Below, piece by piece: positions 1 through 9,123 of a DNA stretch of 64,000 bases. The stretch spans positions 6,875-70,874 of the IMG/VR virus record IMGVR_UViG_3300025280_004467; one strand, given 5' to 3'. Numbering within the stretch: the stretch's first letter is position 1; every line of letters starts with the position of its first letter. The notes beneath the pieces are model-generated. The model ran no database searches, had not been told where the DNA came from, and was given only the letters and a program-made list of their open reading frames with translations. The position numbers and the translations under genes are program-made. The stretch comes from a virus.

Positions 1-1
1 C

Positions 2-148
2 TTTTAAAAATGATTCTCTGAAATTTCTATTCCCCTCATCAAGTCCGGGGCCAATTAAATAAGTTGAATTTAATCCACAAGAAAAAACTAATAACAATAT
101 TAGCAGGAAGGCGATAGAAATTAATGCGTATTTGACTATTTGTTTCAT
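2..148 (-). CDS. Putative lipoprotein (truncated at window edge; not in ORF track)
   Basis: Manual translation of the - strand from ATG at 148: MKQIVKYALISIAFLLILLLVFSCGLNSTYLIGPGLDEGNRNFRESFLK...; basic N-terminus, hydrophobic stretch, lipobox VFSC; SD AGAAGGAG upstream. Confidence 0.7.
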   Translation of the reverse strand, partial: MKQIVKYALISIAFLLILLLVFSCGLNSTYLIGPGLDEGNRNFRESFLK

Positions 149-163
149 ATATTAAATCTCCTT

Positions 164-177
164 CTATTTATAACTAG
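164..177. promoter_or_regulatory. Back-to-back CTANTTA motifs (CTATTTA on +, CTAGTTA on -) between divergent lipoprotein genes; putative bidirectional phage promoter
   Basis: CTATTTATAACTAG imperfect palindrome; the same motif recurs upstream of structural genes. Confidence 0.4.
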
Positions 178-238
178 GGGACAACCTCAATTTCTTGCTA
201 TATACATGTATTATCACAAAAGAGGAGAAATCCACAAT

Positions 239-469
239 ATGAAAACAATATTTTATTTTTTATTTATTTCTTTAATGCTAATTGGCTGCGCGGCTAGCGT
301 ATCAGTTATAAAAAATAAAACCACCACTCCGGAATCGCAAATAATTGAACAAGACCATAATGAAATGCTAGAATTGGCAAGAGAAATGGATCAAGAAAGG
401 ACGCCTGCAATATATATTGTTGTTATTTCAGAACCAGAAATTGTAATTGCAAAACCACCTGAAAAATAG
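239..469 (+). CDS. Small putative lipoprotein
   Basis: ATG at 239 preceded by AGAGGAG; MKTIFYFLFISLMLIGCAAS signal peptide with lipobox LIGC; the track's start at 140 is unlikely. Confidence 0.7.
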   Translation: MKTIFYFLFISLMLIGCAASVSVIKNKTTTPESQIIEQDHNEMLELAREMDQERTPAIYIVVISEPEIVIAKPPEK

Positions 470-478
470 TTATTTAAT

Positions 479-1798
479 GTGGCCGTAAGAAAAAAAACAT
501 ATATTTTAGATACAAACGTTTATTTGACCGATGCAAATGCTATATTTGCATTTGGAAAAGGTGATATATTAGTTCCTTTAAAAGTTCTAGAAGAAATAGA
601 TAGACACAAAAAAAGACAAGATAGTGTTGGCTTAAATGCAAGAAATATAATTCGAATTCTTGATTCTCTGAGAGAAAAGGGAAATCTTAAAAAAGGAGTA
701 CGAATTAGCAAAGGCAAGGGCATAATATTCATTCAAAACTGTGATACGTCCTTGTTACCAGAAGAATTATCTTCATCAGATCCGGATAACATGATAATTG
801 GCACAGTTCTTGCGCAAAAACAAAATTTTCCTAATAAAAAAATAATTGTTGTTTCTCGTGATATTAATATGCGAATTAAATGCGATTCACTAGAAATTCC
901 CGTACAAGATTACACCGTTGGTCAAGTTGTACAAGATAGTTCACTACTGTACACTGGATTTACAAAACATTTGGTGGATGATGAAATAGTTGACCAATTC
1001 TATGAAGGTAAAGACGTGTTTTTGGAAAAAGAGGAGATAAAACTTTATCCCAATCAAATGGTCATGCTTGTTTCTAATTCAAATGAGAAAAAAACGGCAT
1101 TAGCTAGATTTGCCAATTATAATTCTTCACTTAAAAAAATTACTGAAAATGGCGATATTTGGGGTGTCAGATCCAGAAACAAAGAACAAAATTTTGCTTT
1201 AGATCTGTTATTAAATCCAAATATTCCTGTTGTTACGTTAGTTGGTAAAGCTGGAAGCGGAAAAACATTATGTGCCATTGCCGCTGGCCTTTATCAAACA
1301 GTTGAAGATGGAGAAGACTCGATTTATAGAAGATTAATAGTCACTCGACCCATTCAGCCGCTAGGGAGAGATATAGGATATTTACCAGGCTCTTTAGAAG
1401 AAAAAATGGGGCCATGGCTAAGCCCCATTAAGGATAATTTAGAATTCCTTTTGGGAGACAGAAAAATGTTAGATTTATATTTTGAAGATGGTACTATAGA
1501 GGTTGAAGCAATGACGTTTATTAGAGGCCGCTCTATCTCTAATGCATATATCGTAATTGATGAATGTCAACAGTTAACACAACATGAAATAAAAACGATC
1601 TTAACAAGAGTCGGAGAAAATACTAAAATAGTAATGACAGGTGATATTGAACAAATTGACAATGTTTATGTTGATGAAACATCGAATGGTTTGACATACG
1701 CTGTTGAAAAGTTTAAAGAACATGATTTATCAGGCCACATTACATTAACCAAAGGAGAACGTTCAAAAGTTGCCACTTTAGCCGCAAGGATTTTATAA
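479..1798 (+). CDS. phoH: PIN-domain PhoH-family ATPase (PhoH2/YlaK type)
   Basis: N-terminal PIN motif YILDTNVYL; Walker A GKAGSGKT; GYLPGSLEEKM, RGRSI, IDECQ, GDIEQID PhoH motifs. Confidence 0.93.
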   Translation: MAVRKKTYILDTNVYLTDANAIFAFGKGDILVPLKVLEEIDRHKKRQDSVGLNARNIIRILDSLREKGNLKKGVRISKGKGIIFIQNCDTSLLPEELSSSDPDNMIIGTVLAQKQNFPNKKIIVVSRDINMRIKCDSLEIPVQDYTVGQVVQDSSLLYTGFTKHLVDDEIVDQFYEGKDVFLEKEEIKLYPNQMVMLVSNSNEKKTALARFANYNSSLKKITENGDIWGVRSRNKEQNFALDLLLNPNIPVVTLVGKAGSGKTLCAIAAGLYQTVEDGEDSIYRRLIVTRPIQPLGRDIGYLPGSLEEKMGPWLSPIKDNLEFLLGDRKMLDLYFEDGTIEVEAMTFIRGRSISNAYIVIDECQQLTQHEIKTILTRVGENTKIVMTGDIEQIDNVYVDETSNGLTYAVEKFKEHDLSGHITLTKGERSKVATLAARIL

Positions 1799-2338
1799 AT
1801 GGTAGTTAGAAAATATAAATTTTTTAATAAAAAGTTTTTTGCCAAAACAGTTACATGGAAGCTGATAGACGGAATAGTAACTTTTGTTTTATGTTATATA
1901 CTTACAGGTGAACTTTTTATATCAGCAAACTTAGCTATATTAGAAGTAATTGTTGAAAGCATATTTTATTATTTTCATGAGCACGCTTGGTCAAAAATTA
2001 ATTGGGGAGAATATAAAATGAACGAAAAAAAAGTAGAGGAACAAAAAACATTGCAAATTCACTGGAAAGAATCAGAAAAGCCGGAATTAATTTCTGCTGT
2101 TAACGAAATTGCCCTTGGCAAAGAAACAAAATTAAAAGAATGGCTGGTGAATTATGTTGGAGAAAAATGTTCTCCCGAAAATGATAAAGTGACTGTTGAA
2201 ATGATAGTTGAAACCGTTGCGAAAGAATTTCCAGAGTTTTTGTTAACAGTTGCAGAAGAAAATTGGGTTAGAGGATATCAGCAGGCATTAGATGACGCTG
2301 AATTAGGCAAAAGAATTTCTGAACAAGAAAATGAATGA
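1799..2338 (+). CDS. DUF2061-like membrane domain fused in frame to a soluble phage hypothetical domain
   Basis: KTVTWKLI...YYFHEHAWSKINWG resembles DUF2061; internal GGGGAG + ATG at 2018 begins an acidic soluble half. Confidence 0.6.
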   Translation: MVVRKYKFFNKKFFAKTVTWKLIDGIVTFVLCYILTGELFISANLAILEVIVESIFYYFHEHAWSKINWGEYKMNEKKVEEQKTLQIHWKESEKPELISAVNEIALGKETKLKEWLVNYVGEKCSPENDKVTVEMIVETVAKEFPEFLLTVAEENWVRGYQQALDDAELGKRISEQENE

Positions 2339-3008
2339 TATATCCTCTTATATAAAGAAAAAAAATAAATTATTAGAAAATGAAAATTTAACTTTTTTTG
2401 GCTCAATTAATGTTGTTGTAAAGGACAGACTTCCGGAAGAAATTAGCTTAAGAACTGTTCTGAGAAGGGTAGAAAATTTATTACCTTCTTACTATGTTAA
2501 TAACATTGATGCAATTTATGTTGGTCAATTTCAAGAATTTATAGAGAAAGAAACAAATGCTGCCTATAAAGACGGTGCTTTGTATATAATTAATGATCAA
2601 TCTGATGAAAATGATATGATCGATGATATAATTCATGAAATTGCCCACGCTGTAGAAGAAATAGCAGGCAAAGAAATATACGAAGACAATAAAGTTGAAG
2701 TTGAGTTTTTGGGTAAAAGAAAAAGACTTGAAAGCATCTTGAGAAGTGAAAATTATGAAGTACAAAAATATGATTTTTTAAATTCTAGATATTCTGAAGA
2801 ATTCGATATATTTCTTTATAGAAAGGTTGGATATCCTTTATTAACATCTTTAACGATGGGTTTATTTGTGTCTCCATACGCTATTACTTCTTTGCGTGAG
2901 TACTTCGCAAGGGGATTTGAAGAATATTATTTAGGGGACAGAAAATACTTGACAAACATAAGTTCTATGTTGTATAATAAGATAGAATACCTGGATAATA
3001 TAAAATGA
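2331..3008 (+). CDS. Putative zinc metallopeptidase-like protein (HExxH)
   Basis: IIHEIAHAVEE plus downstream REYFARGF (third-ligand EYFA-type motif). Confidence 0.6.
   Translation: MNDISSYIKKKNKLLENENLTFFGSINVVVKDRLPEEISLRTVLRRVENLLPSYYVNNIDAIYVGQFQEFIEKETNAAYKDGALYIINDQSDENDMIDDIIHEIAHAVEEIAGKEIYEDNKVEVEFLGKRKRLESILRSENYEVQKYDFLNSRYSEEFDIFLYRKVGYPLLTSLTMGLFVSPYAITSLREYFARGFEEYYLGDRKYLTNISSMLYNKIEYLDNIK
2949..2978 (+). promoter_or_regulatory. Sigma70-type promoter TTGACA-N18-TATAAT embedded in the upstream CDS
   Basis: Perfect -35 (2949-2954) and -10 (2973-2978) hexamers, 26 nt before the nuclease ATG. Confidence 0.7.
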
Positions 3009-3769
3009 CACATGTCTCTTACTCTGAATTAAAAAATTGGTCTGTTTGCCCCTTTTATCACAAATTAACTTATATTGATAAAATTAAACTTTTTAAAGGC
3101 AATGAACATACTGCTTTTGGTAATGCTGTTCATGATACTTGCGAAAATATGCTGTTGAATGAAAATCTTGAAGCAGGAGAATATTTTCTTGATCAATATA
3201 AAAAAGTTTTGAAAAAATTATCAGACGATGATTATGATTTTGATAAAAAATTAGTTTTAGATATGAAAGAACAAGGACTTAGTTTGCTACCTCAAATTAA
3301 ACCGGCTCTTAAAGAATATTTCGGAAAATATAAAGTTTTTTCAACAGAAGAAAAATTATTTGAAGATATATCTTATGAAGATTATAAATTCAAAGGATAT
3401 GTTGATTTGGTGTTAAAAACAAAAGATGGAAAGTATCATGTTATTGATTGGAAAACATGTTCTTGGGGGTGGCACTATAAAAAGAAAAACGATAGAATGG
3501 TTACCTATCAATTAACTTATTATAAACATTTTTTTGCCAAAAAATATAATATTGAGCCCACGGATGTGGAAACTCATTTTATCCTTCTTAAAAGAACTGC
3601 AAAAAAGGATAATGTTGAAATATTTAAAGTGATAAGCGGAAAGAAAAAAACTGACAATGCACTTAACTTCTTAAGAAAAGCGATATATAATATTAATAAT
3701 AAAAATTATGTTAAAAATCGCTTGTCTTGCAAATACTGCGAATTTAGTAAAACAAAATATTGCCCATAG
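3005..3769 (+). CDS. PD-(D/E)XK nuclease, Cas4/RecB/AddB-like, probable Fe-S cluster
   Basis: SYSEL..CP, FGNAVH, KGYVDLV...IDWKT, QLTYY motifs; C-terminal CKYCEFSKTKYC. Confidence 0.88.
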   Translation: MTHVSYSELKNWSVCPFYHKLTYIDKIKLFKGNEHTAFGNAVHDTCENMLLNENLEAGEYFLDQYKKVLKKLSDDDYDFDKKLVLDMKEQGLSLLPQIKPALKEYFGKYKVFSTEEKLFEDISYEDYKFKGYVDLVLKTKDGKYHVIDWKTCSWGWHYKKKNDRMVTYQLTYYKHFFAKKYNIEPTDVETHFILLKRTAKKDNVEIFKVISGKKKTDNALNFLRKAIYNINNKNYVKNRLSCKYCEFSKTKYCP

Positions 3770-3778
3770 AGGTTTAGA

Positions 3779-5035
3779 TTGAAAAAAATTAAAATTTTGA
3801 GCATAAGCGATCATCCTTTATCTCCTTCCGGAGTTGGAACTCAAACTCGTTATGTTTTAGAAGCTGCTTTGAAAACAGGTTTATTTGAAGTTGTTAGTTT
3901 AGCCGGCGCAATTAAACATGAAAATTATAAACCTTCAAAAACAGAAGAATATGGTGACGACTGGATTATTTTTCCTGTCGACGGATATGGAAATCAAGAA
4001 ATAATAAGATCAATGATTAGAGAACATAAACCAGATTTTATTTGGTTTATGACAGATCCGCGGTTTTTTTCATGGCTTTGGGATGTTGACAATGAAATTA
4101 GAAAAAACGTCCCTTTAATGTACTATCATGTTTGGGATAATTATCCATATCCCACATTTAATAAACGATATTATGACTCGAATGACGAGATTGTAACAAT
4201 ATCAAAGGTAACAAATGATATTGTTAAAAATATATCGCCAGATGTGTCTTTGAAACACATAGGCCACTCAGTTGATACAGATATATTTAAAAAATATTCT
4301 AGTGATGAAATTAATGAATTTAAAAGAAACAGTTTGAAACCAAAAGATATGAATAAATTTGTTTTCTTCTGGAATAATAGAAATGCCAGAAGAAAACAAA
4401 GCGGTTCTTTAATTTATTGGTTTAAAGATTTTTTAGATATTGTTGGTCATGACAAAGCTATGTTGGTTATGCACACAGATGCTAGAGACCCAAATGGACA
4501 AGATTTATTTGCAATCATGAATGAGTTAAATCTGGGAAAAGGCCAATTACTACTTTCAGAACAAAAATATCCACAAGAAATTCTTGCAAGAATGTACAAT
4601 ATGGCTGATTGTACAATTAATATTTCAGATGCGGAAGGATTTGGATTGGCAACGTTAGAGTCATTGGCTTGCGAAACGCCGATTATTGTTAACATGACTG
4701 GAGGATTACAAGAACAAGTCACTGATGGAGAAAAATGGTTTGGCATTGGTCTGGAGCCAACTTCTAAGGCGATTATTGGATCTCTAGAGGTGCCTTTTAT
4801 TTATGAAGATAGATTGTCCAAAGAAGTTGTAGTTGACGCATTATTAAAAATTTACAACATGTCAAAGAAAGAAAGGGAAGAATTGGGGAGACTCGGAAGA
4901 GGACATATTATGAAAAATTATAATTACGAAAATTTCAAAAAATTGTGGGTTGATTGTTTATTGCAGTTTTATGAAAAACATGGCTCTTGGAAAAATAGAA
5001 AATTATATAAACCTTGGAATATACAGGAAGTATAA
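3779..5035 (+). CDS. GT-B (GT4-like) glycosyltransferase
   Basis: SDHPLSPSGVG N-terminus; NRNARRKQ; ISDAEGFGLATLESLAC. Confidence 0.9.
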   Translation: MKKIKILSISDHPLSPSGVGTQTRYVLEAALKTGLFEVVSLAGAIKHENYKPSKTEEYGDDWIIFPVDGYGNQEIIRSMIREHKPDFIWFMTDPRFFSWLWDVDNEIRKNVPLMYYHVWDNYPYPTFNKRYYDSNDEIVTISKVTNDIVKNISPDVSLKHIGHSVDTDIFKKYSSDEINEFKRNSLKPKDMNKFVFFWNNRNARRKQSGSLIYWFKDFLDIVGHDKAMLVMHTDARDPNGQDLFAIMNELNLGKGQLLLSEQKYPQEILARMYNMADCTINISDAEGFGLATLESLACETPIIVNMTGGLQEQVTDGEKWFGIGLEPTSKAIIGSLEVPFIYEDRLSKEVVVDALLKIYNMSKKEREELGRLGRGHIMKNYNYENFKKLWVDCLLQFYEKHGSWKNRKLYKPWNIQEV

Positions 5036-5036
5036 A

Positions 5037-6293
5037 ATGAAAAAAATATTAGTTAGGGCGCCAGTTTTATCCAGATCTGGCTACGGAGAACAAGCCAGAT
5101 TTGCACTAAGAGCGCTCAGAAGTCGTCCCGATTTATATGATGTGTATATTTTGCCAATTAATTGGGGAAAAACAGGATGGATTAATGATGACGATGAAGA
5201 AAGGGATTGGATTGATTCCATGATAGGGAAAACTAATATGCTGCACCAATCCGGTATTCAATATGATGCAACTTTACAGGTTACAATTCCAAATGAGTTT
5301 GAAAAAGCTGCGCCAATTAATATTGGTTATACAGCTGGAATTGAAACAACAGCTGTTGCGCCAGTTTGGCTAGAGCAAGCTAACATTATGGATAGAATTA
5401 TTGTTGTTTCAAATCATTCAAAAAACGTTTTCCAGGATACCACATATACTGGAAAACATAAAAAAACAGATGAAGTTGTACGATTGACTTGTGATGTACC
5501 CGTAGATGTTGTTGGATATCCTGTGAGAAAGTTTAAATCAGAAAAACTTGATTTAAATTTAGAATATGATTTTAATTTTCTTGTTGTTGCTCAGTGGGGC
5601 GCCAGAAAAAATCTTGGAAACACTATTAAATGGTTTCTTGATGAATTTAAGGATGATGAAGTTGGTTTAGTTTTAAAGGTTAATGTAGCAAAGAATTCTA
5701 CTATAGATAAGCATGCTTCTCTGCGAAAACTAAAAGAGAATTTAAACAAATATGAAGATAGAAGTTGTAAAGTTTATTTGTTGCACGGAGACATGACTGA
5801 CGAAGAGATGTCCGGCTTATATAATCATTCACAAATCAAAGCCTTAATTAATCTTTCGCATGGAGAGGGATATGGACTTCCTATTTTTGAAGCAGTGTAT
5901 AATGGTTTGCCAGTTGTAACTGTCGGGTGGAGCGGGCAAATGGATTTTCTATATGCTCCTTTTTATGATAAAAAGAAAAAGAAAAAAGTTATTAAGCCGC
6001 ATTTTGCAAGTGTTAGTTATACATTGAAACCAATTAGCAAAGAGGCAGTATGGCCCGGTGTTTTGGAAGAAAATTCTAGATGGTGTTATGCCAATGAAAT
6101 GGATTATAAAAACAAAATTAGAGACGTTTATAAATCTTATGGAAAATATAAAAAAATGGCCACCAATTTGAAGGGACATGTTGAAGAATCGTTTTCGCCA
6201 AGAATTATATATGAAAATTTTGTAAACTCAATAGAAAAATGTTTTGAAGGCATGCCACAACAGGATGAAAAAATTGAAGTTATGGTGCTTTAA
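5037..6293 (+). CDS. GT-B (GT4-like) glycosyltransferase
   Basis: MKKILVRAPVLSRSGYG; QWGARKNL; SHGEGYGLPIFEA; ATG at 5037 follows the previous stop. Confidence 0.88.
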   Translation: MKKILVRAPVLSRSGYGEQARFALRALRSRPDLYDVYILPINWGKTGWINDDDEERDWIDSMIGKTNMLHQSGIQYDATLQVTIPNEFEKAAPINIGYTAGIETTAVAPVWLEQANIMDRIIVVSNHSKNVFQDTTYTGKHKKTDEVVRLTCDVPVDVVGYPVRKFKSEKLDLNLEYDFNFLVVAQWGARKNLGNTIKWFLDEFKDDEVGLVLKVNVAKNSTIDKHASLRKLKENLNKYEDRSCKVYLLHGDMTDEEMSGLYNHSQIKALINLSHGEGYGLPIFEAVYNGLPVVTVGWSGQMDFLYAPFYDKKKKKKVIKPHFASVSYTLKPISKEAVWPGVLEENSRWCYANEMDYKNKIRDVYKSYGKYKKMATNLKGHVEESFSPRIIYENFVNSIEKCFEGMPQQDEKIEVMVL

Positions 6294-8287
6294 TGAATCT
6301 TGTTTATTGTGCTCAGTTTAGAGATCAAACTGGCTATGGCGTCGCCGCTCGAGGGTATCTCAAAGCTCTAGATTCTTATATAAAAAAAAATAAAAATATA
6401 TCTTTAAAAATATATTCTACGATAGCATCGGAATCAAAAAAGCTTTCTGACGAAGAAAGATCCTTAATTAAAAAATATGAATTTAAAGATGATCTCGACA
6501 TAGAAAATACTATTAGAGGTGACTATTCTTTTATTTGGCATATGCCGCCTCCGATGATGTGTTTTGCAGATGAAAGATTTCGCCCTTCACCCGGGTGCAG
6601 CCCATCAATGTTAAAATTGATAAGAGCTTCAAATTATAATATTAGTCTTGTTGCCTGGGAAACAGATAAAGTTCCTGCAGAGTGGAAGGAAAATTATGAT
6701 CATTTTAATTCGAATTTGATTATAGTCCCTTGTGAGTGGAACAAAGAGACATTTTCTAAAACGGGCATTAACTGTGAAGTTGTGCCACATATAATTGAAA
6801 ATATTTCAAAAGAAGTCAAACCAATTAATGGAATTCCAGATGAACTTTTAGATGGCAAATTTGTTGTTTTGACATCGTCGCAATGGACTCACAGGAAAGG
6901 ATTTGATGTTTTATTAAAAGCATTTTTTGCAGAACTTGGACAAAACAAAGACGCATTATTAATATTAAAAACATATGAGAGTGTTACTCACAATACTGAC
7001 AGAATAAAATCAGAAATAAAGCATTATAAAAATTTAACGTTTTTTCAATTTAATGAAGCTGCACAGGATAATAATATTTTAATATTGCCGGGCTTCTTGC
7101 CTTCGGAAAATATCGCGTGGCTTTATAAAAAATCTTCAGTATTTGCATTAACTTCGCGCGGCGAAGGATTCGCCTTGCCTATAAGCGAAGCGTTGATAAA
7201 TAAAAAACCAGTTATTGTTTCTGCAAAGGGTGGTCATGTTGATTATATTCATCCGGAAGCAGGTTTCTTTGTCGATGGCCATTGGGATTCTTGTTTTCTT
7301 GGTATACCTCCTTATGAAACAGATGGAAACTATTTTGAATGCCATATAAATTCAGCAAGGGAACAGTTAAGAAATGCTTATAATTTATGGAAAGACAATC
7401 CAAAAAACCTCAAGAAAAAAGGAAACGTGGGATATCAACATATAATTGAGGGAGAATATGATGAATATAGCGTTGGCAAAAAATTTGTAAAATCTGTTAC
7501 AAATATAAATTCAGAAAAAACTAAGACTCAACAACTAAAAGACAAATTAAAAAAATGTGAGGACAACAAGCAAAAACTTAAGTTATTGAAAAATTCATAT
7601 GAAGGAGAAACTTGCTATATTTTAGCAACGGGTCCATCATTTTTGGAGTATGATCACGATTATTTAAAAAATATATTAAAAGACAATTTAGTTTTCTCCA
7701 TTAAGAGTGCGTATGATTATTTTCCAGAAGAAACGGATTTTCATTTCTTTAATGCTGCAAATCTTCCCATGCCCGAAAAAGGCTTTCTTCACGAATATTA
7801 TAAATATCAAAAAAATGAACCTATTGTAGTGGCTAGTGATAATTATCCCTTACATAGTAGATGGAGTAAATTTCAAAAACACGACTTATTTTTTCAAATT
7901 CCACTTAGAACACAAATAGATGATCGGTTCTTAGTTAAGACATTAGAATTTGATAAACACACATTAGATAAAACAATAGAAAGGCCTTGTGGCCCCGGAA
8001 TTATGTATGAAACAGTTATGTATATGGCGGAGCACGTGGGCGTATCTAAAATTGTAACGTTGGGGTGGGATTTAAATAATGATGCGTCGGAAAAAGAAAG
8101 CGATCACAAACATCATTACGACGAAAAACAATTTTTTATTAAAGGAGATGTCCTCCCGTGGGAAATAAAAGCTACTAGAGAAGCAACAGAGCAACTTCTA
8201 GAGTGGCTAAAGACTAAAAATATTATTTTACAAACAGCTTCAAAAAGTAGTAGAATAAGTAAGAAAATTGAAAGGATAATATTATGA
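6293..8287 (+). CDS. GT4-like glycosyltransferase fused to a C-terminal Maf/DUF115-like transferase domain
   Basis: TGYGVAARGY, QWTHRKGFD, SRGEGFALPISEA; second domain CYILATGPSF...GPGIMYE...VGVSKIVTLGWD. Confidence 0.8.
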   Translation: MNLVYCAQFRDQTGYGVAARGYLKALDSYIKKNKNISLKIYSTIASESKKLSDEERSLIKKYEFKDDLDIENTIRGDYSFIWHMPPPMMCFADERFRPSPGCSPSMLKLIRASNYNISLVAWETDKVPAEWKENYDHFNSNLIIVPCEWNKETFSKTGINCEVVPHIIENISKEVKPINGIPDELLDGKFVVLTSSQWTHRKGFDVLLKAFFAELGQNKDALLILKTYESVTHNTDRIKSEIKHYKNLTFFQFNEAAQDNNILILPGFLPSENIAWLYKKSSVFALTSRGEGFALPISEALINKKPVIVSAKGGHVDYIHPEAGFFVDGHWDSCFLGIPPYETDGNYFECHINSAREQLRNAYNLWKDNPKNLKKKGNVGYQHIIEGEYDEYSVGKKFVKSVTNINSEKTKTQQLKDKLKKCEDNKQKLKLLKNSYEGETCYILATGPSFLEYDHDYLKNILKDNLVFSIKSAYDYFPEETDFHFFNAANLPMPEKGFLHEYYKYQKNEPIVVASDNYPLHSRWSKFQKHDLFFQIPLRTQIDDRFLVKTLEFDKHTLDKTIERPCGPGIMYETVMYMAEHVGVSKIVTLGWDLNNDASEKESDHKHHYDEKQFFIKGDVLPWEIKATREATEQLLEWLKTKNIILQTASKSSRISKKIERIIL

Positions 8288-9123
8288 AAACTCATATTAT
8301 AGCAGAAATCGGCATTAACCACAACGGCGATTTAAATATTGCAAAAAAACTTATTGACATAGCTGCAGTAGCTGGTTGTGACTCTGTTAAGTTTCAAAAA
8401 AGAAATCCGAATGTATGTGTTCCGAAACATCAAAAATCTGTCATGAAGGATACCCCATGGGGAAGAATGACTTATCTTGAATACAAATATAGAGTTGAAT
8501 TTGAAAAGCAAGAGTATGATGAAATCGATAAACATTGCAAAGAAAAAGGTATTCAATGGTCAGCTTCTCCGTGGGATTTGGACAGCCTCATTTTTCTCAT
8601 GCGGTATGATCTGCCGTACATAAAAATCCCTTCAGCACACCTTACTAATATACCACTTCTAGAGGCCGCAATTGCGTCAGGAAAGCGCGTAATTGTTTCT
8701 ACGGGGATGAGTACTCTAAAAGAGATTGACGCGGCTGTAGAGGTACTTAAAAGAGGAGATTTTGCGCTACTACATTGTAATTCAACATATCCCGCACCTC
8801 TTGAAGAATTGAATCTTAAATGTATCCAAACTCTCAAAGAAAGATACAATTGTGAAGTTGGATATAGTGGTCATGAATTTCGTTTGGGGACCACTGTAGC
8901 TTGTGTTTATCTTGGAGCAACTATTTTAGAAAGACATATTACTTTGGACAGAACAATGTGGGGTTCCGATCATCTTTCTTCTGTTGAACCACAAGGATTA
9001 ATTAAGTTAGTAAAAGGTGTTAGAGAATTGGAAATTTCTTTGGGAGATGGTATCAAAACTGTAACTGAAGGCGAGAAAAGTGTTAGGAAAAAGTTAAGAG
9101 GCAATATTAATGAAATGGGGTGA
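8284..9123 (+). CDS. neuB: NeuB-family nonulosonate synthase, short form lacking the SAF domain
   Basis: IIAEIGINHNGD, VKFQKR, LHCNSTYP, GYSGHE, ERHITLDR. Confidence 0.92.
   Translation: MKTHIIAEIGINHNGDLNIAKKLIDIAAVAGCDSVKFQKRNPNVCVPKHQKSVMKDTPWGRMTYLEYKYRVEFEKQEYDEIDKHCKEKGIQWSASPWDLDSLIFLMRYDLPYIKIPSAHLTNIPLLEAAIASGKRVIVSTGMSTLKEIDAAVEVLKRGDFALLHCNSTYPAPLEELNLKCIQTLKERYNCEVGYSGHEFRLGTTVACVYLGATILERHITLDRTMWGSDHLSSVEPQGLIKLVKGVRELEISLGDGIKTVTEGEKSVRKKLRGNINEMG

Noticed and set aside
140-238. Track start at 140 for the first ORF (also 4950, 16707, 21223 for later ORFs)
   Set aside because: Downstream ATGs (239, 5037, 16734, 21241) have SDs or coupling and give sensible N-termini
3005-3769. 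CRISPR-Cas locus suggested by the Cas4-like nuclease
   Set aside because: No repeat-spacer array or other cas genes are visible in the window
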